Assembly: GCA_964488195.1 (NCBI GenBank) | Contig: CAZAUB010000001.1 | Coordinates: 1 to 42,766, forward strand | Source of the DNA: an uncultured Methylobacter sp. | GTDB lineage: Bacteria > Pseudomonadota > Gammaproteobacteria > Methylococcales > Methylomonadaceae | Length of the DNA stretch: 42,766 nucleotides | Reading direction: 5' to 3' | In this document: positions 18,255 to 27,622 of the stretch, in pieces | Layout: each line of letters opens with the position of its first letter | How positions within the stretch are numbered: position 1 is the first letter of the stretch | Notes under the pieces: generated by a model | What the model was told of the DNA's origin: nothing | What the model saw: the letters and a program-made list of their open reading frames with translations, nothing else | The model's database searches: none | Made by a program: the position numbers and the translations under genes

Positions 18255-19784
18255 GTGGATAATATCGGTAGACAAGGTGTGAAAAATATTGCAATTCGGG
18301 TCGATGCTTCAAGCCAAATCGGTACTGGGCATTTCATGCGCTGCCTGACCTTGGCTGATGGCTTAAGGCAGCGAGGCGCGCGGATTCGTTTTGTTAGCCG
18401 CCATCTGCCTGAATATCTGAGCGACATGTTGATGGACAAAGGGCATGAGATATTGCTGTTCGATAGTGTTAAAAATAATGCGGAAGTGGATGAACTTGCA
18501 CATTCTCACTGGCTTGGAGTTAGCCAAGCACAGGACGCAGCAGATTCTATTGAGGTGCTGTCAGATGTGGATTGGCTTATTGTGGATCATTATGCACTGG
18601 ATGCGCGATGGGAAAGCGCCTTGCGCGGAACTGCCAAAAAAATCATGGTCATCGACGACATTGCCGACCGTCAACACGATTGCGATGTGCTGCTGGATCA
18701 GAATTTATATACAGACATGCAGACTCGCTATACCGGCAAAGTTTCATCCTCTTGCCAATTATTGTTGGGCCCACGTTATGCTTTACTGCGGGATGAGTTT
18801 CGAAAGTTGCGCGAACAAGTTAATCCACGCACAGAGCCAGTCAAACGAATTTTGGTATTTTTTGGTGGTGTAGATGCTGATAACTACACTGGCCTTGCTA
18901 TAAAGGCATTGGTGGAATTGAAGACAAAAGGACTACATATCGATGTAGTGATAGGTGCGCAGCATCCGTGTCGTGTAGAGATTGAGGCAAGCTGTGCTGA
19001 GCAAGGATATGTTTGTCATGTGCAAACCAATCGTATGGCCGAGTTGATGGCGGTTGCTGATCTGGCGATTGGTGCTGGTGGATCCGCTAGTTGGGAGCGT
19101 TGTTGTTTGGGGTTGCCCACTTTAGTCATTTCTACGGCGGATAATCAGCAAAGACAGGTTGCTGATGCTGCATTAGATGGCTTGCTGTGTTCCCCAGAAA
19201 TCAAGGGTGACTTGATTCAAGCGTTCCAAAGGCATATTAGCGCGCTGATTGAGAATAGATATCTAAGGCAGATGATTTCGTGCAATAGCATGCATGCAGT
19301 AGATGGTCGAGGCGTGTTACGGGTCATTGCAACCATTGGGTGCAGTGATATAGAGATTCGGACTGCAAGATCAGAAGATTCAGAAAAATTATTTCAATGG
19401 CGTAATCACTCTAGTATCAGGGCGGTTTCACGCGACGCTAACTTGATCGATTGGCAGGTTCACCAGAGATGGTTTACTTCTATGCTGAGAGATCCAGAGA
19501 AAATACTGCTCATTGGACAGCGTGTGGAATCTCCCGTCGGGGTGGTTCGCTTCGATGTTCAGAATGATGAGGCGGAAGTTTCGATTTATCTTGTTCCGGA
19601 TGGCGCGTCCTCTGGACAAGGGCGAAGTTTACTGCAAAGCGCTGAGCAATGGCTTGTAGCCAACCGCCTAGGGATTCGTAAGATTCGTGCGCATGTGCTT
19701 GGGGTAAATGTGCGTTCACAAAGGCTATTTGTTGGTGCGGGCTATCAAGTTGAGTCCACCAACTATTCAAAGAGGCTGCATTGA
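18255..19784 (+). CDS. pseG: PseG UDP-2,4-diacetamido-2,4,6-trideoxy-beta-L-altropyranose hydrolase fused to a PseH-like GNAT acetyltransferase
   Basis: RVDASSQIGTGHFMRCLTLA, VDHY, VIDD, FFGGVD, GAGGSASWER, ADNQ; C-terminal WRNHSSIR...HQRWF...GVVRFD GNAT domain. Start may be GTG at 18279. Confidence 0.9.
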   Translation: MDNIGRQGVKNIAIRVDASSQIGTGHFMRCLTLADGLRQRGARIRFVSRHLPEYLSDMLMDKGHEILLFDSVKNNAEVDELAHSHWLGVSQAQDAADSIEVLSDVDWLIVDHYALDARWESALRGTAKKIMVIDDIADRQHDCDVLLDQNLYTDMQTRYTGKVSSSCQLLLGPRYALLRDEFRKLREQVNPRTEPVKRILVFFGGVDADNYTGLAIKALVELKTKGLHIDVVIGAQHPCRVEIEASCAEQGYVCHVQTNRMAELMAVADLAIGAGGSASWERCCLGLPTLVISTADNQQRQVADAALDGLLCSPEIKGDLIQAFQRHISALIENRYLRQMISCNSMHAVDGRGVLRVIATIGCSDIEIRTARSEDSEKLFQWRNHSSIRAVSRDANLIDWQVHQRWFTSMLRDPEKILLIGQRVESPVGVVRFDVQNDEAEVSIYLVPDGASSGQGRSLLQSAEQWLVANRLGIRKIRAHVLGVNVRSQRLFVGAGYQVESTNYSKRLH

Positions 19785-20842
19785 AAATGACAGAAGTATT
19801 TAAAATTGCTGGCCGGCTAATCGGTCGAGGGCACAAACCATTTATCATCGCCGAGATGTCTGGCAATCATAACCAGTCGCTGGAGCGGGCGCTGGAAATC
19901 GTCGAGGCGGCCGCCAAGACGGGTGCTCACGCGCTGAAGATTCAGACTTATACGCCCGACACCATGACGCTTGATCTGGATGAGCGCGAGTTTCATATCA
20001 GCGACCCCAACAGCCTGTGGGCAGGTAAGTCTCTTTACAAGCTTTACGGCGAAGCCTATACCCCATGGGAATGGCACAAGCCGATTTTCGATAGAGCGCG
20101 TGAACTGGGCATCATTCCGTTCAGTACGCCATTTGACGACACGGCAGTGGACTTTCTCGAAAGTCTGGATGTGCCGTGCTACAAGATTGCGTCTTTCGAG
20201 AATACTGATTTACCGCTGATTCGTCGCGTGGCTGCCACCGGGAAACCTCTGATCATCTCTACCGGCATGGCCACGGTGGCCGAATTGGATGAGACTGTGC
20301 GAGCTGCTAGAGAGGGGGGATGCAAAGACCTTATCCTGCTCAAGTGCACCAGCACTTACCCTGCCACGGCAGCGAACACCAATATTTTGACCATCCCACA
20401 TCTGCGCGAGCTGTTCGGCTGCGAAGTGGGCTTGTCCGACCACACGATGGGTGTGGGTGTCTCGGTAGCCAGCGTAGCACTGGGAGCAACCGTTATCGAA
20501 AAGCATTTTACCCTCAACCGTGCAGATGGCGGGGTAGACAGCACCTTCTCGATGGAGCCTACCGAGATGGCGCAACTGGTGGTGGAGTCCGAACGAGCCT
20601 GGCAGGCACTGGGGCAGGTGAGCTATGGCCCCTCCGAGGCTGAAAAGAAATCACTTCAGTTCCGTCGTTCACTGTATGTAGTGCAAGACCTCAAAGCCGG
20701 TGATGTGTTGACGTGTGAGAATATGCGTACGATTAGGCCGGGGTTAGGTTTGCCGCCAAAGTATTTCTACACGCTATTAGGATGTCGGGTGAATCAGAAT
20801 GTGAAGAGGGGTACTCCGATGAAGTGGGAGCTGGTAACATGA
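19781..20842 (+). CDS. pseI: Pseudaminic acid synthase
   Basis: IAEMSGNHNQS, KIQTYTPDT, TPWEWH, STPFD, YKIASFE, STGMA, KCTSTYP, GLSDHT, EKHF, DSTFS and RRSLY motifs. Start may be ATG at 19787. Confidence 0.95.
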   Translation: MKMTEVFKIAGRLIGRGHKPFIIAEMSGNHNQSLERALEIVEAAAKTGAHALKIQTYTPDTMTLDLDEREFHISDPNSLWAGKSLYKLYGEAYTPWEWHKPIFDRARELGIIPFSTPFDDTAVDFLESLDVPCYKIASFENTDLPLIRRVAATGKPLIISTGMATVAELDETVRAAREGGCKDLILLKCTSTYPATAANTNILTIPHLRELFGCEVGLSDHTMGVGVSVASVALGATVIEKHFTLNRADGGVDSTFSMEPTEMAQLVVESERAWQALGQVSYGPSEAEKKSLQFRRSLYVVQDLKAGDVLTCENMRTIRPGLGLPPKYFYTLLGCRVNQNVKRGTPMKWELVT

Positions 20843-20881
20843 TGTTGCTTCTATTAGTGCAAGAAGGCACGCCATTGAATT

Positions 20882-21913
20882 GTGGCTGACGTGGGGATAT
20901 TTCGCCTAATTCTGGCGTTAATGGTTGTAGCTGTTCATTCTAGGCATTTCCCTGACTCATGGCCTAATATTGGTATAGCCGCTGTAGCTGTATTTTTTTT
21001 CATATCAGGGTTCCTAATGCCTTTAGCATTACTTAATAATTATACTCTTCATGGTTCTTTATCTCTGAACGGCTGCATGAGATATTTGATCAATCGATGG
21101 TTGCGTATATTTCCTTTGTATTGGGTGTCACTGATTTTTATTTTGGGTTATGACGGATTTAAGAATTGGCGTTCTTATAAAGAAGCATTTGACGCTCCCA
21201 GCATATTCTTGCAAAACATCCTATTGTTGGGTATGAATCAAAAGGAAATATGGGGAAATTATCTTAGATTCAATAATCCAGCATGGACTTTGGATGTTGA
21301 AATTCAATATTATTTAATTGTCCCTTTGTTGTTGTTGGCCTGGGCGAAGAATAAAACTATTACTTCATTATCGCTAATAGCCTTGGGACTTATTAGCTGT
21401 TTTCTGATTGCCTTTCCTACTAATATATTTGGTATTGATAGATCAATATTATCTTGGAGCGCATGCTTTTTTTTGGGATTCCTGTTTTTTCAAATGACTT
21501 CAAACTTCGAGTGCAAGCAATGGGCACGAAGAGCTTTTTTAGTAGGTGTCGCGATAGTTGCTTCTGTCATCGTCTTGAATCCAACAGGGTTCAAGACGAT
21601 GACTTTGACGATAGGCCTCATATTAGTGGGTGGGTATTTGTTAGCGTTGCAGAGAAAAGCCCCCCCCCTAGATAGATTTCTTGGAGACTTGTCCTATCCA
21701 GTTTTCATAATCCATATTTTTACTAATGAGTGTGTATATGAAAACATTGTCCACGTATATATGTACAAATTACAAACCTTTGCTAATGTATTCATGCTAA
21801 ATGCGTTGTTCTCGTTGGTTATGGGCGTTATTTTATTGCTGATAGTTGTCTACCCGATTGACAGATATAGGAAAAAATTGAAGCTAATCAAAGAGCCTCT
21901 GAGAACGTATTGA
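20882..21913 (+). CDS. Acyltransferase family 3 (OafA-like) membrane O-acyltransferase
   Basis: FRLILALMVVAVH, AVFFFISGFLM, NRWLRIFP, WTLDVEIQYY and GDLSYPVFIIH motifs; hydrophobic and AT-rich. Confidence 0.88.
   Translation: MADVGIFRLILALMVVAVHSRHFPDSWPNIGIAAVAVFFFISGFLMPLALLNNYTLHGSLSLNGCMRYLINRWLRIFPLYWVSLIFILGYDGFKNWRSYKEAFDAPSIFLQNILLLGMNQKEIWGNYLRFNNPAWTLDVEIQYYLIVPLLLLAWAKNKTITSLSLIALGLISCFLIAFPTNIFGIDRSILSWSACFFLGFLFFQMTSNFECKQWARRAFLVGVAIVASVIVLNPTGFKTMTLTIGLILVGGYLLALQRKAPPLDRFLGDLSYPVFIIHIFTNECVYENIVHVYMYKLQTFANVFMLNALFSLVMGVILLLIVVYPIDRYRKKLKLIKEPLRTY
21660..21668 (+). repeat. C9 homopolymer inside the O-acyltransferase (currently in frame)
   Basis: aaa gCC CCC CCC Cta encodes K-A-P-P-L. 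Confidence 0.8.
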
Positions 21914-22353
21914 TTTATAACTTAGATTTAACTCATAAGTTCAATACTATTACTCATGCAGCTTCCTACTCAGCAAAAAATACCACATGAGGTGTTTTAA
22001 AATTGAGAGTTTTTCGAGGACGATGATTAGTTTTATGCATTACCGTCTCAACTGCGACTTGATTATTTTGGCATCGATTTCTCAATCGTCGAGATGAGTT
22101 TTTTACGCAACAATATTCGGGTGCTCATTTATAATTTTTAGGGATTAGCCGCCACTATGCATAACACCGTCTCAAATGATGTTGGCCAACATGAGTACCG
22201 GCATCTGAAAAATCAGTTCAACCAATTCATGACACCAGCTTGTCTAACAGCAGTGCAATCTCATGGGTCGCTGAAAGAGTCGTGGTATTTGTTCTGTGGT
22301 GCCTTTGATCATCAGTAGACTCGAGTTTCAATTGTCGCTATCGAACCAAATTT

Positions 22354-24138
22354 ATGCCTAAGAAAGCACGCTATTTAATTACGACCGCCGACGAGCGGAC
22401 TTGGAAATTTGATCGTCCAGTCATCTTCTTGGGTGAGTGGTGTCGTCTTTACGATCGAAAACACATTTGGCAGGATATGGATGCCGTCGTCGCGGCGCCA
22501 TATGGGCTAGGCCAAGCGAATCAAGATGCGGATCATGCGGAGGCGCGCGCGTTGGAGGAAAAACTCTTCCCCATATTGTGCGATGCGCTTAACCAATACC
22601 ATGGCACGTTGCATGGCTCGAGATTCTGGCGGATTGTCTTGGGGCACTGGCTTCGGCGTTATGTTGATGTGATTCTTAATCGCGTCAGAACGCTTGAGCT
22701 GTGCTTGCAGACTTATCAATTGAGCGGTATGACAGCATTCTCTGATGACCGCTATGCGCTTGCCCCACTGGACTCCTATGCGGCGATCTGGGCTTTCAAT
22801 GATGATCGATGGAATAACGCGCTGTATGTTCGCATCTTGAATCTCCTTGGTGTGGCAAGTTGCCCAATAGAAGTAATTCCTGGTGATGCATCCGAAGGCT
22901 TCCGCTGGAGCGTAACGGCAACTGAAGTCCCTTTAAAAAGGAAGATTCTGCGGATGGGTTACCAGAATGTGATGAAGCTGTTAGGATTGCTGGTGAGAGG
23001 GGGTGATGCTTTTGTTATCAACAGCTACCTTCCGCGCAAGGAAGAGATAAAACTTCAGTTAACCTTGGGGCAGGTGCCGCAGTTGTGGATTTCCCCGAAA
23101 CTCACACATACAATAAAGCCTGATCGTGTACTTCGGCAAAGCTTATCTGACCAAATTGCTGGAAAAGCGAGCGATACTCTCTTTGGAATTATGTGCTCAC
23201 TGGTATTTGAACTTATGCCGGTTTGCTATTTGGAAGGTTTTACAGAGCTGTCTGAAAAAGTTCAACAATTGCCTTGGCCCAAAAAACCAAAGTTTATTTT
23301 CACTAGTAATAATTTTGATATGGATGAAGTGTTTAAACTTTGGGCGGCAACTAAGGTTGAGTCCGGCTCTAAATATGTAACCGGGCAGCATGGGAGTAAT
23401 TACGGAACTTCTCGCTATATGTACCCTTCTGTAGAAGAAGTAACGGCTGACAAGTTTTTGACCTGGGGCTGGACTGACGGTTTGCCACAACACACCCCAG
23501 CATTTATATTTAAAACTTTAGGCAAAAAAACCGAGGCATACAACCCTAATGGGGGGTTGTTGTTGATAGAGTTGCATGCAGGTCTCATGTTGTCCACTTG
23601 GGATGTCACTGCTGAATTCAAGGCTTATTTTGAAGACCAGCAAAGCTTTATTGAAAAGATACAAAAGCCGCTTAGAAAGCATTTAACTGTCAGATTGCAC
23701 CATGGACATACCGATTTGAACTGGGCTGAAGAAACCCGGTGGAGGGAGTTTGCCCCGACAATTAAACTCGATACCGGGTCTTCTCGCATCAGTAAACTGA
23801 TTGCGCAAAGCCGACTGATTATCCACAGTTACGACTCCTCTGGCATTTTGGAAACGCTTTCACAAAATATTCCGACGCTCGCTTTTTGGCAGAATGATTT
23901 TGATCATTTGCGAGAGAGTGCCAAACCCTACTATCAACTGTTAGTAGATGCTGGCATTGTTCACTTAACCCCTGAATCAGCTGCTGCAAAAGTCAATGAG
24001 GTTTGGGATGATGTGGCTGGTTGGTGGATGCAGGCCGCTGTACAAGAGGCCCGAAAACAATTCTGCGATAGGTATGCTAGAGTTAGTCAAAATTCGGTGG
24101 ATGACCTTAAAAAAATTCTTATGAGTGGTGCCTCATGA
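22354..24138 (+). CDS. LIC12162-family putative glycosyltransferase
   Basis: LITTADERTW, FLGEWC, WRIVLGHWL, GQHGSNYG, FLTWGW, YDSSGILETL, NIPT and GIVH match my recollection of this Leptospira-type transferase family. Confidence 0.75.
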   Translation: MPKKARYLITTADERTWKFDRPVIFLGEWCRLYDRKHIWQDMDAVVAAPYGLGQANQDADHAEARALEEKLFPILCDALNQYHGTLHGSRFWRIVLGHWLRRYVDVILNRVRTLELCLQTYQLSGMTAFSDDRYALAPLDSYAAIWAFNDDRWNNALYVRILNLLGVASCPIEVIPGDASEGFRWSVTATEVPLKRKILRMGYQNVMKLLGLLVRGGDAFVINSYLPRKEEIKLQLTLGQVPQLWISPKLTHTIKPDRVLRQSLSDQIAGKASDTLFGIMCSLVFELMPVCYLEGFTELSEKVQQLPWPKKPKFIFTSNNFDMDEVFKLWAATKVESGSKYVTGQHGSNYGTSRYMYPSVEEVTADKFLTWGWTDGLPQHTPAFIFKTLGKKTEAYNPNGGLLLIELHAGLMLSTWDVTAEFKAYFEDQQSFIEKIQKPLRKHLTVRLHHGHTDLNWAEETRWREFAPTIKLDTGSSRISKLIAQSRLIIHSYDSSGILETLSQNIPTLAFWQNDFDHLRESAKPYYQLLVDAGIVHLTPESAAAKVNEVWDDVAGWWMQAAVQEARKQFCDRYARVSQNSVDDLKKILMSGAS

Positions 24139-24692
24139 CTACGTTATCCAAAAATAATGTCTCTGTGAAAATACTTGATCTGGGTTGTGGCAAGAAGAAA
24201 CGGCCTGGGGCAATCGGTGTTGATTATTCTGATCGACATAATGCAGACATTATTCACAACTTGAATGTTTTTTCATATCCATTTACGGATGATGAATTTG
24301 ATGAGATTTACCTCGATAATGTCCTGGAGCATTTGGATGCCCCAATGAAAGTGATGGAAGAGGTGCATCGCATATGCAAATCTGGCGGGCATGTAAAGGT
24401 TATCGTCCCTTACTTCCGCTCAGTTTGGGCTTTTATTGATCCAACGCACAAGCATTTCTTCACCGTGGACTCATTTGCATATTTTGATCCGAGACACACT
24501 ATTTGTCAGCAATACGATTACACACCTGCAAGATTTCTGATTGAAAAAATTGTCTTCAACGAAACACTACACAATCGATGGCCGAAAAAACTTATAGTCA
24601 AACTGGCGAATAAATATCCAAACCACTACGAACATTATCTAAGCCATTTATATCCGCTCGACGACATTACGTATTATTTAAAAAAATGCTGA
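24135..24692 (+). CDS. Methyltransferase-domain protein (class I SAM fold)
   Basis: ILDLGCG, NVLEHL, EVHRICKSGG and DPTH motifs. Confidence 0.8.
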   Translation: MTTLSKNNVSVKILDLGCGKKKRPGAIGVDYSDRHNADIIHNLNVFSYPFTDDEFDEIYLDNVLEHLDAPMKVMEEVHRICKSGGHVKVIVPYFRSVWAFIDPTHKHFFTVDSFAYFDPRHTICQQYDYTPARFLIEKIVFNETLHNRWPKKLIVKLANKYPNHYEHYLSHLYPLDDITYYLKKC

Positions 24693-24696
24693 GCAT

Positions 24697-25398
24697 ATGA
24701 AAATAGCCATTAAAAATTATTTAAGCTGGGCTTTTGATCCTGTTTTTCTAACCCATCTGCGACTAAAGGCTGCTCTGGAGTCGACAATCATCCCTTTGGC
24801 GGTTGATGAAATTAGTTGTCTGGATGTGGGGTGTGGTGATCGGCCTTATGAGTATTTGTTTGAACGTGGCAGTTATACAGGAATTGATGTGGAAGATTCC
24901 GGACGGCCTCTAAGCATGAAGCAACCTGATTATTTTTATGATGGCAACGCATTCCCATTTCCTGATGACTCCTTTGATATGGTTATCTCAACCCAAGTAT
25001 TGGAGCATGTACCTGATCCCTTGGTCATGCTAAGTGAGATGGCTCGTGTTTGTAAGCATGGGGGGGGGGTGGTAATCTCACTCCCTTTTGTTTATCAAGA
25101 GCATGAGGAACCTTTTGATTATTTCCGCTTTACCCGATTCGGTATTACGGAGTTATTGTTCAAAGCGGGGTTAAAAATCGAAACTATTAAAAGGGATTCG
25201 AGTGCACTTGAGGCTATAGCGATACTTATCAACGTATATATTATTCACAATCTTGTACCGGGAGTTAGGGGATTTGGTCGTCTTTATGCTCTGTTTTTTT
25301 GTTTACCCATACAGTTGCTTGCTATAGTGTTATCGAAAATTCTCCCGGACAAAGGCCAGCTTTACCTCAATCTTGTTGTATATGCTAAGAAGACGTAG
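24697..25398 (+). CDS. Class I SAM-dependent methyltransferase
   Basis: LDVGCGDRPY, FPFPDDSFD, TQVLEHV and HEEPFDYFRFT motifs. Confidence 0.85.
   Translation: MKIAIKNYLSWAFDPVFLTHLRLKAALESTIIPLAVDEISCLDVGCGDRPYEYLFERGSYTGIDVEDSGRPLSMKQPDYFYDGNAFPFPDDSFDMVISTQVLEHVPDPLVMLSEMARVCKHGGGVVISLPFVYQEHEEPFDYFRFTRFGITELLFKAGLKIETIKRDSSALEAIAILINVYIIHNLVPGVRGFGRLYALFFCLPIQLLAIVLSKILPDKGQLYLNLVVYAKKT
25060..25069 (+). repeat. G10 homopolymer inside the methyltransferase (currently in frame)
   Basis: cat GGG GGG GGG Gtg encodes H-G-G-G-V. Confidence 0.85.
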
Positions 25399-25407
25399 TC
25401 GATTTCA

Positions 25408-26373
25408 ATGCTGAATAATAGTCACATTTTAATAACGGGTGCCAACGGTTTTGTTGGGCAGCATCTAAGTGAAGCATTGCTGGATAAAGGTGCCCGAGTG
25501 TCGCGGATCGTGCGTTCTGTTTTACCTAGTCATCATGTGGTGGTAGATCAGCATGTTCTCGATTTAGCTGATCGTCTGAAAGTCCTCGAAGTTGTTTCTT
25601 TGTTACAGCCTAGCTACGTTATTCATCTGGCAGGGTCAAAAATTAGGACAAATGACGTTAAGCAATTTCGTGATACTTATGACGAGAATTTATTAATGTC
25701 TCTTAACGTTATTGATGCATGTCGTGCGCTGAAAAATTTCAAGAGACTGGTCTTTTTGGGGACATGCGAGGAATATGGTCTGGCTCCGACACCCTATAAA
25801 GAGGCACAAAGGGCTGTGCCCACAGGTGTTTATGGACTTTCAAAATTGGCTGTGACACAAATTCTTACAGGCCTATTTCATAGCCATCGATTCCCATCGG
25901 TAGTGTTACGACCAACAGTAATTTACGGGCCAAGGCAGGGAGACGAGATGTTTCTTTCTGCCTTGATTCAGTCTTTGCTGGCAGGGAAAGACTTCGCGAT
26001 GACCTATGGCGAACAGAGACGTGACTTCATCTATATCGATGATGTGGTAGACGCGATTATCAACGCGATCAAGGCTGACGAGCGTGTGAATGGAGAGGTC
26101 ATAAATATTGGTGCCGGGGATTCATTTCAGATCAAAGAGATCACAACCATGGTCGCCAATTCGATTGGTGCTGCTGTCAGCGGGTTCATCAAATTTGGTG
26201 CTGTTCCATATCGACCCAACGAGGCGATGGACTACTCCGTTGTGATTACGCGCGCTAAAGAATTACTAGGCTGGTATCCAAGCACCAGCCTAGAGGATGG
26301 CGTGCAACAGACAATCAAGCAATTTAAGGCGTCCGCCGGTAATCTTATTAGCCAAGATCAGGGTCATGCTTAA
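25408..26373 (+). CDS. NAD-dependent epimerase/dehydratase SDR, probable CDP-4-keto-sugar reductase
   Basis: TGANGFVG, GTCEEYG, YGLSK, RPTVIYGP and GEQRRDFIY motifs; adjacent to rfbG/rfbF. Confidence 0.78.
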   Translation: MLNNSHILITGANGFVGQHLSEALLDKGARVSRIVRSVLPSHHVVVDQHVLDLADRLKVLEVVSLLQPSYVIHLAGSKIRTNDVKQFRDTYDENLLMSLNVIDACRALKNFKRLVFLGTCEEYGLAPTPYKEAQRAVPTGVYGLSKLAVTQILTGLFHSHRFPSVVLRPTVIYGPRQGDEMFLSALIQSLLAGKDFAMTYGEQRRDFIYIDDVVDAIINAIKADERVNGEVINIGAGDSFQIKEITTMVANSIGAAVSGFIKFGAVPYRPNEAMDYSVVITRAKELLGWYPSTSLEDGVQQTIKQFKASAGNLISQDQGHA

Positions 26374-27622
26374 GATTCACTACCATTCCGACTGCCCGTT
26401 TTTTGCGGGCTGCGAGAGCATGTTGGCAAATTTCTTTAATTCGGAGGGTTTCAGGCAAGCTCATGTTGTGAGTTTCAGCTATCGCCAATCTGTGCGCTAT
26501 ACATTAGGTTTTAAGCAGAGGGTCGAGCGTGATTTGCCTGTTTACTCGATTGCCTTCCCTGATTTGTCCGATTTCGCTAAATTACCCAGTGGATGGCCGT
26601 TGTTAAGCAAACGGCTAGTGATGGCATTTTTTCGATTGCTGTTCACGAGCCCTATACTGGTATATGAGATTGTGGTTCTATTCCGCCTGTTCAAAAAACT
26701 TGATCCCGATATCCTGCATATCAATAACGGGGGGTATCCCGCAGCACTTTCTGCGCGTGCGGCTGCAATTGCAGGTAAATTGGCTGGCATCCCAAAAGTG
26801 CTTATGGTTGTTAACAATATGGCGGACGACTATCAACGTTTTTCACGATGGCTAGACTATCCTGTCGATCGTTTAGTAGGGCGGTCGGTTGACCTATTCG
26901 TAACTGGGTCAGAAGTAGCGGCCGCTAGACTTCGTTCCGTTTTAAATCTCCCAAAGCATCAGGTAATAGCGGTTCATAACGGAATTTCGATGCGTAAGGC
27001 AAATGCAAGTGTTGCGGTTACGCGCGAGCGGTTGGAGCTGGGTAATTTTGATGGTGTGATCTTCGGTGTTGTGGCTTTATTGATACCGAGAAAAGGACAT
27101 CAGGTTCTTCTAGATGCAGTTTTGAAGCTTGTTGCAGAAAACAGACTGGCCGAAAATGAATTCAAAATTTTAATTGAAGGTAGCGGCCCGTTGCAGCAGG
27201 AGCTTATTAATTTTGTTAATATTCATAAGTTAGCACGTTGGGTGATGTTTGTTGGGGATGAGGAAAATGTAATCGACTTCATGTCTGCATTGGATGTTTT
27301 GATTTTACCCTCTGTCCAGGAAGAAGATTTCCCCAATGTTATTTTGGAAGCCATGGCACTTGGCAAGCCAGTTATAGCAACCCGCCTTGCGGGCACGCCC
27401 GAACAGGTGATCGACGGCGTGACTGGATTATTGGTTGAGCCGCGTAATGCTGTTCAATTGGGTGAAGCTATTTGTCACCTAGTGGATAATCCGAATATAA
27501 GATATGGGATGGGACGTGCGGCCGTAGGCCGATTTAGCGATCATTTTACTAGCGAGATAGCTTTGGATAATTATACCAATATGTATATAAAACTTTTTGA
27601 TACACGGAAACAAACAAAATGA
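26366..27622 (+). CDS. Glycosyltransferase family 4
   Basis: Start MLKIHY at 26366; HNGI, RKGH and EDFPNVILEAMALGKPVIAT motifs. Confidence 0.88.
   Translation: MLKIHYHSDCPFFAGCESMLANFFNSEGFRQAHVVSFSYRQSVRYTLGFKQRVERDLPVYSIAFPDLSDFAKLPSGWPLLSKRLVMAFFRLLFTSPILVYEIVVLFRLFKKLDPDILHINNGGYPAALSARAAAIAGKLAGIPKVLMVVNNMADDYQRFSRWLDYPVDRLVGRSVDLFVTGSEVAAARLRSVLNLPKHQVIAVHNGISMRKANASVAVTRERLELGNFDGVIFGVVALLIPRKGHQVLLDAVLKLVAENRLAENEFKILIEGSGPLQQELINFVNIHKLARWVMFVGDEENVIDFMSALDVLILPSVQEEDFPNVILEAMALGKPVIATRLAGTPEQVIDGVTGLLVEPRNAVQLGEAICHLVDNPNIRYGMGRAAVGRFSDHFTSEIALDNYTNMYIKLFDTRKQTK

Noticed and set aside
20993-21000. T8 and other A/T runs as phase-variation sites
   Set aside because: Expected in AT-rich, Phe/Lys-rich coding sequence.
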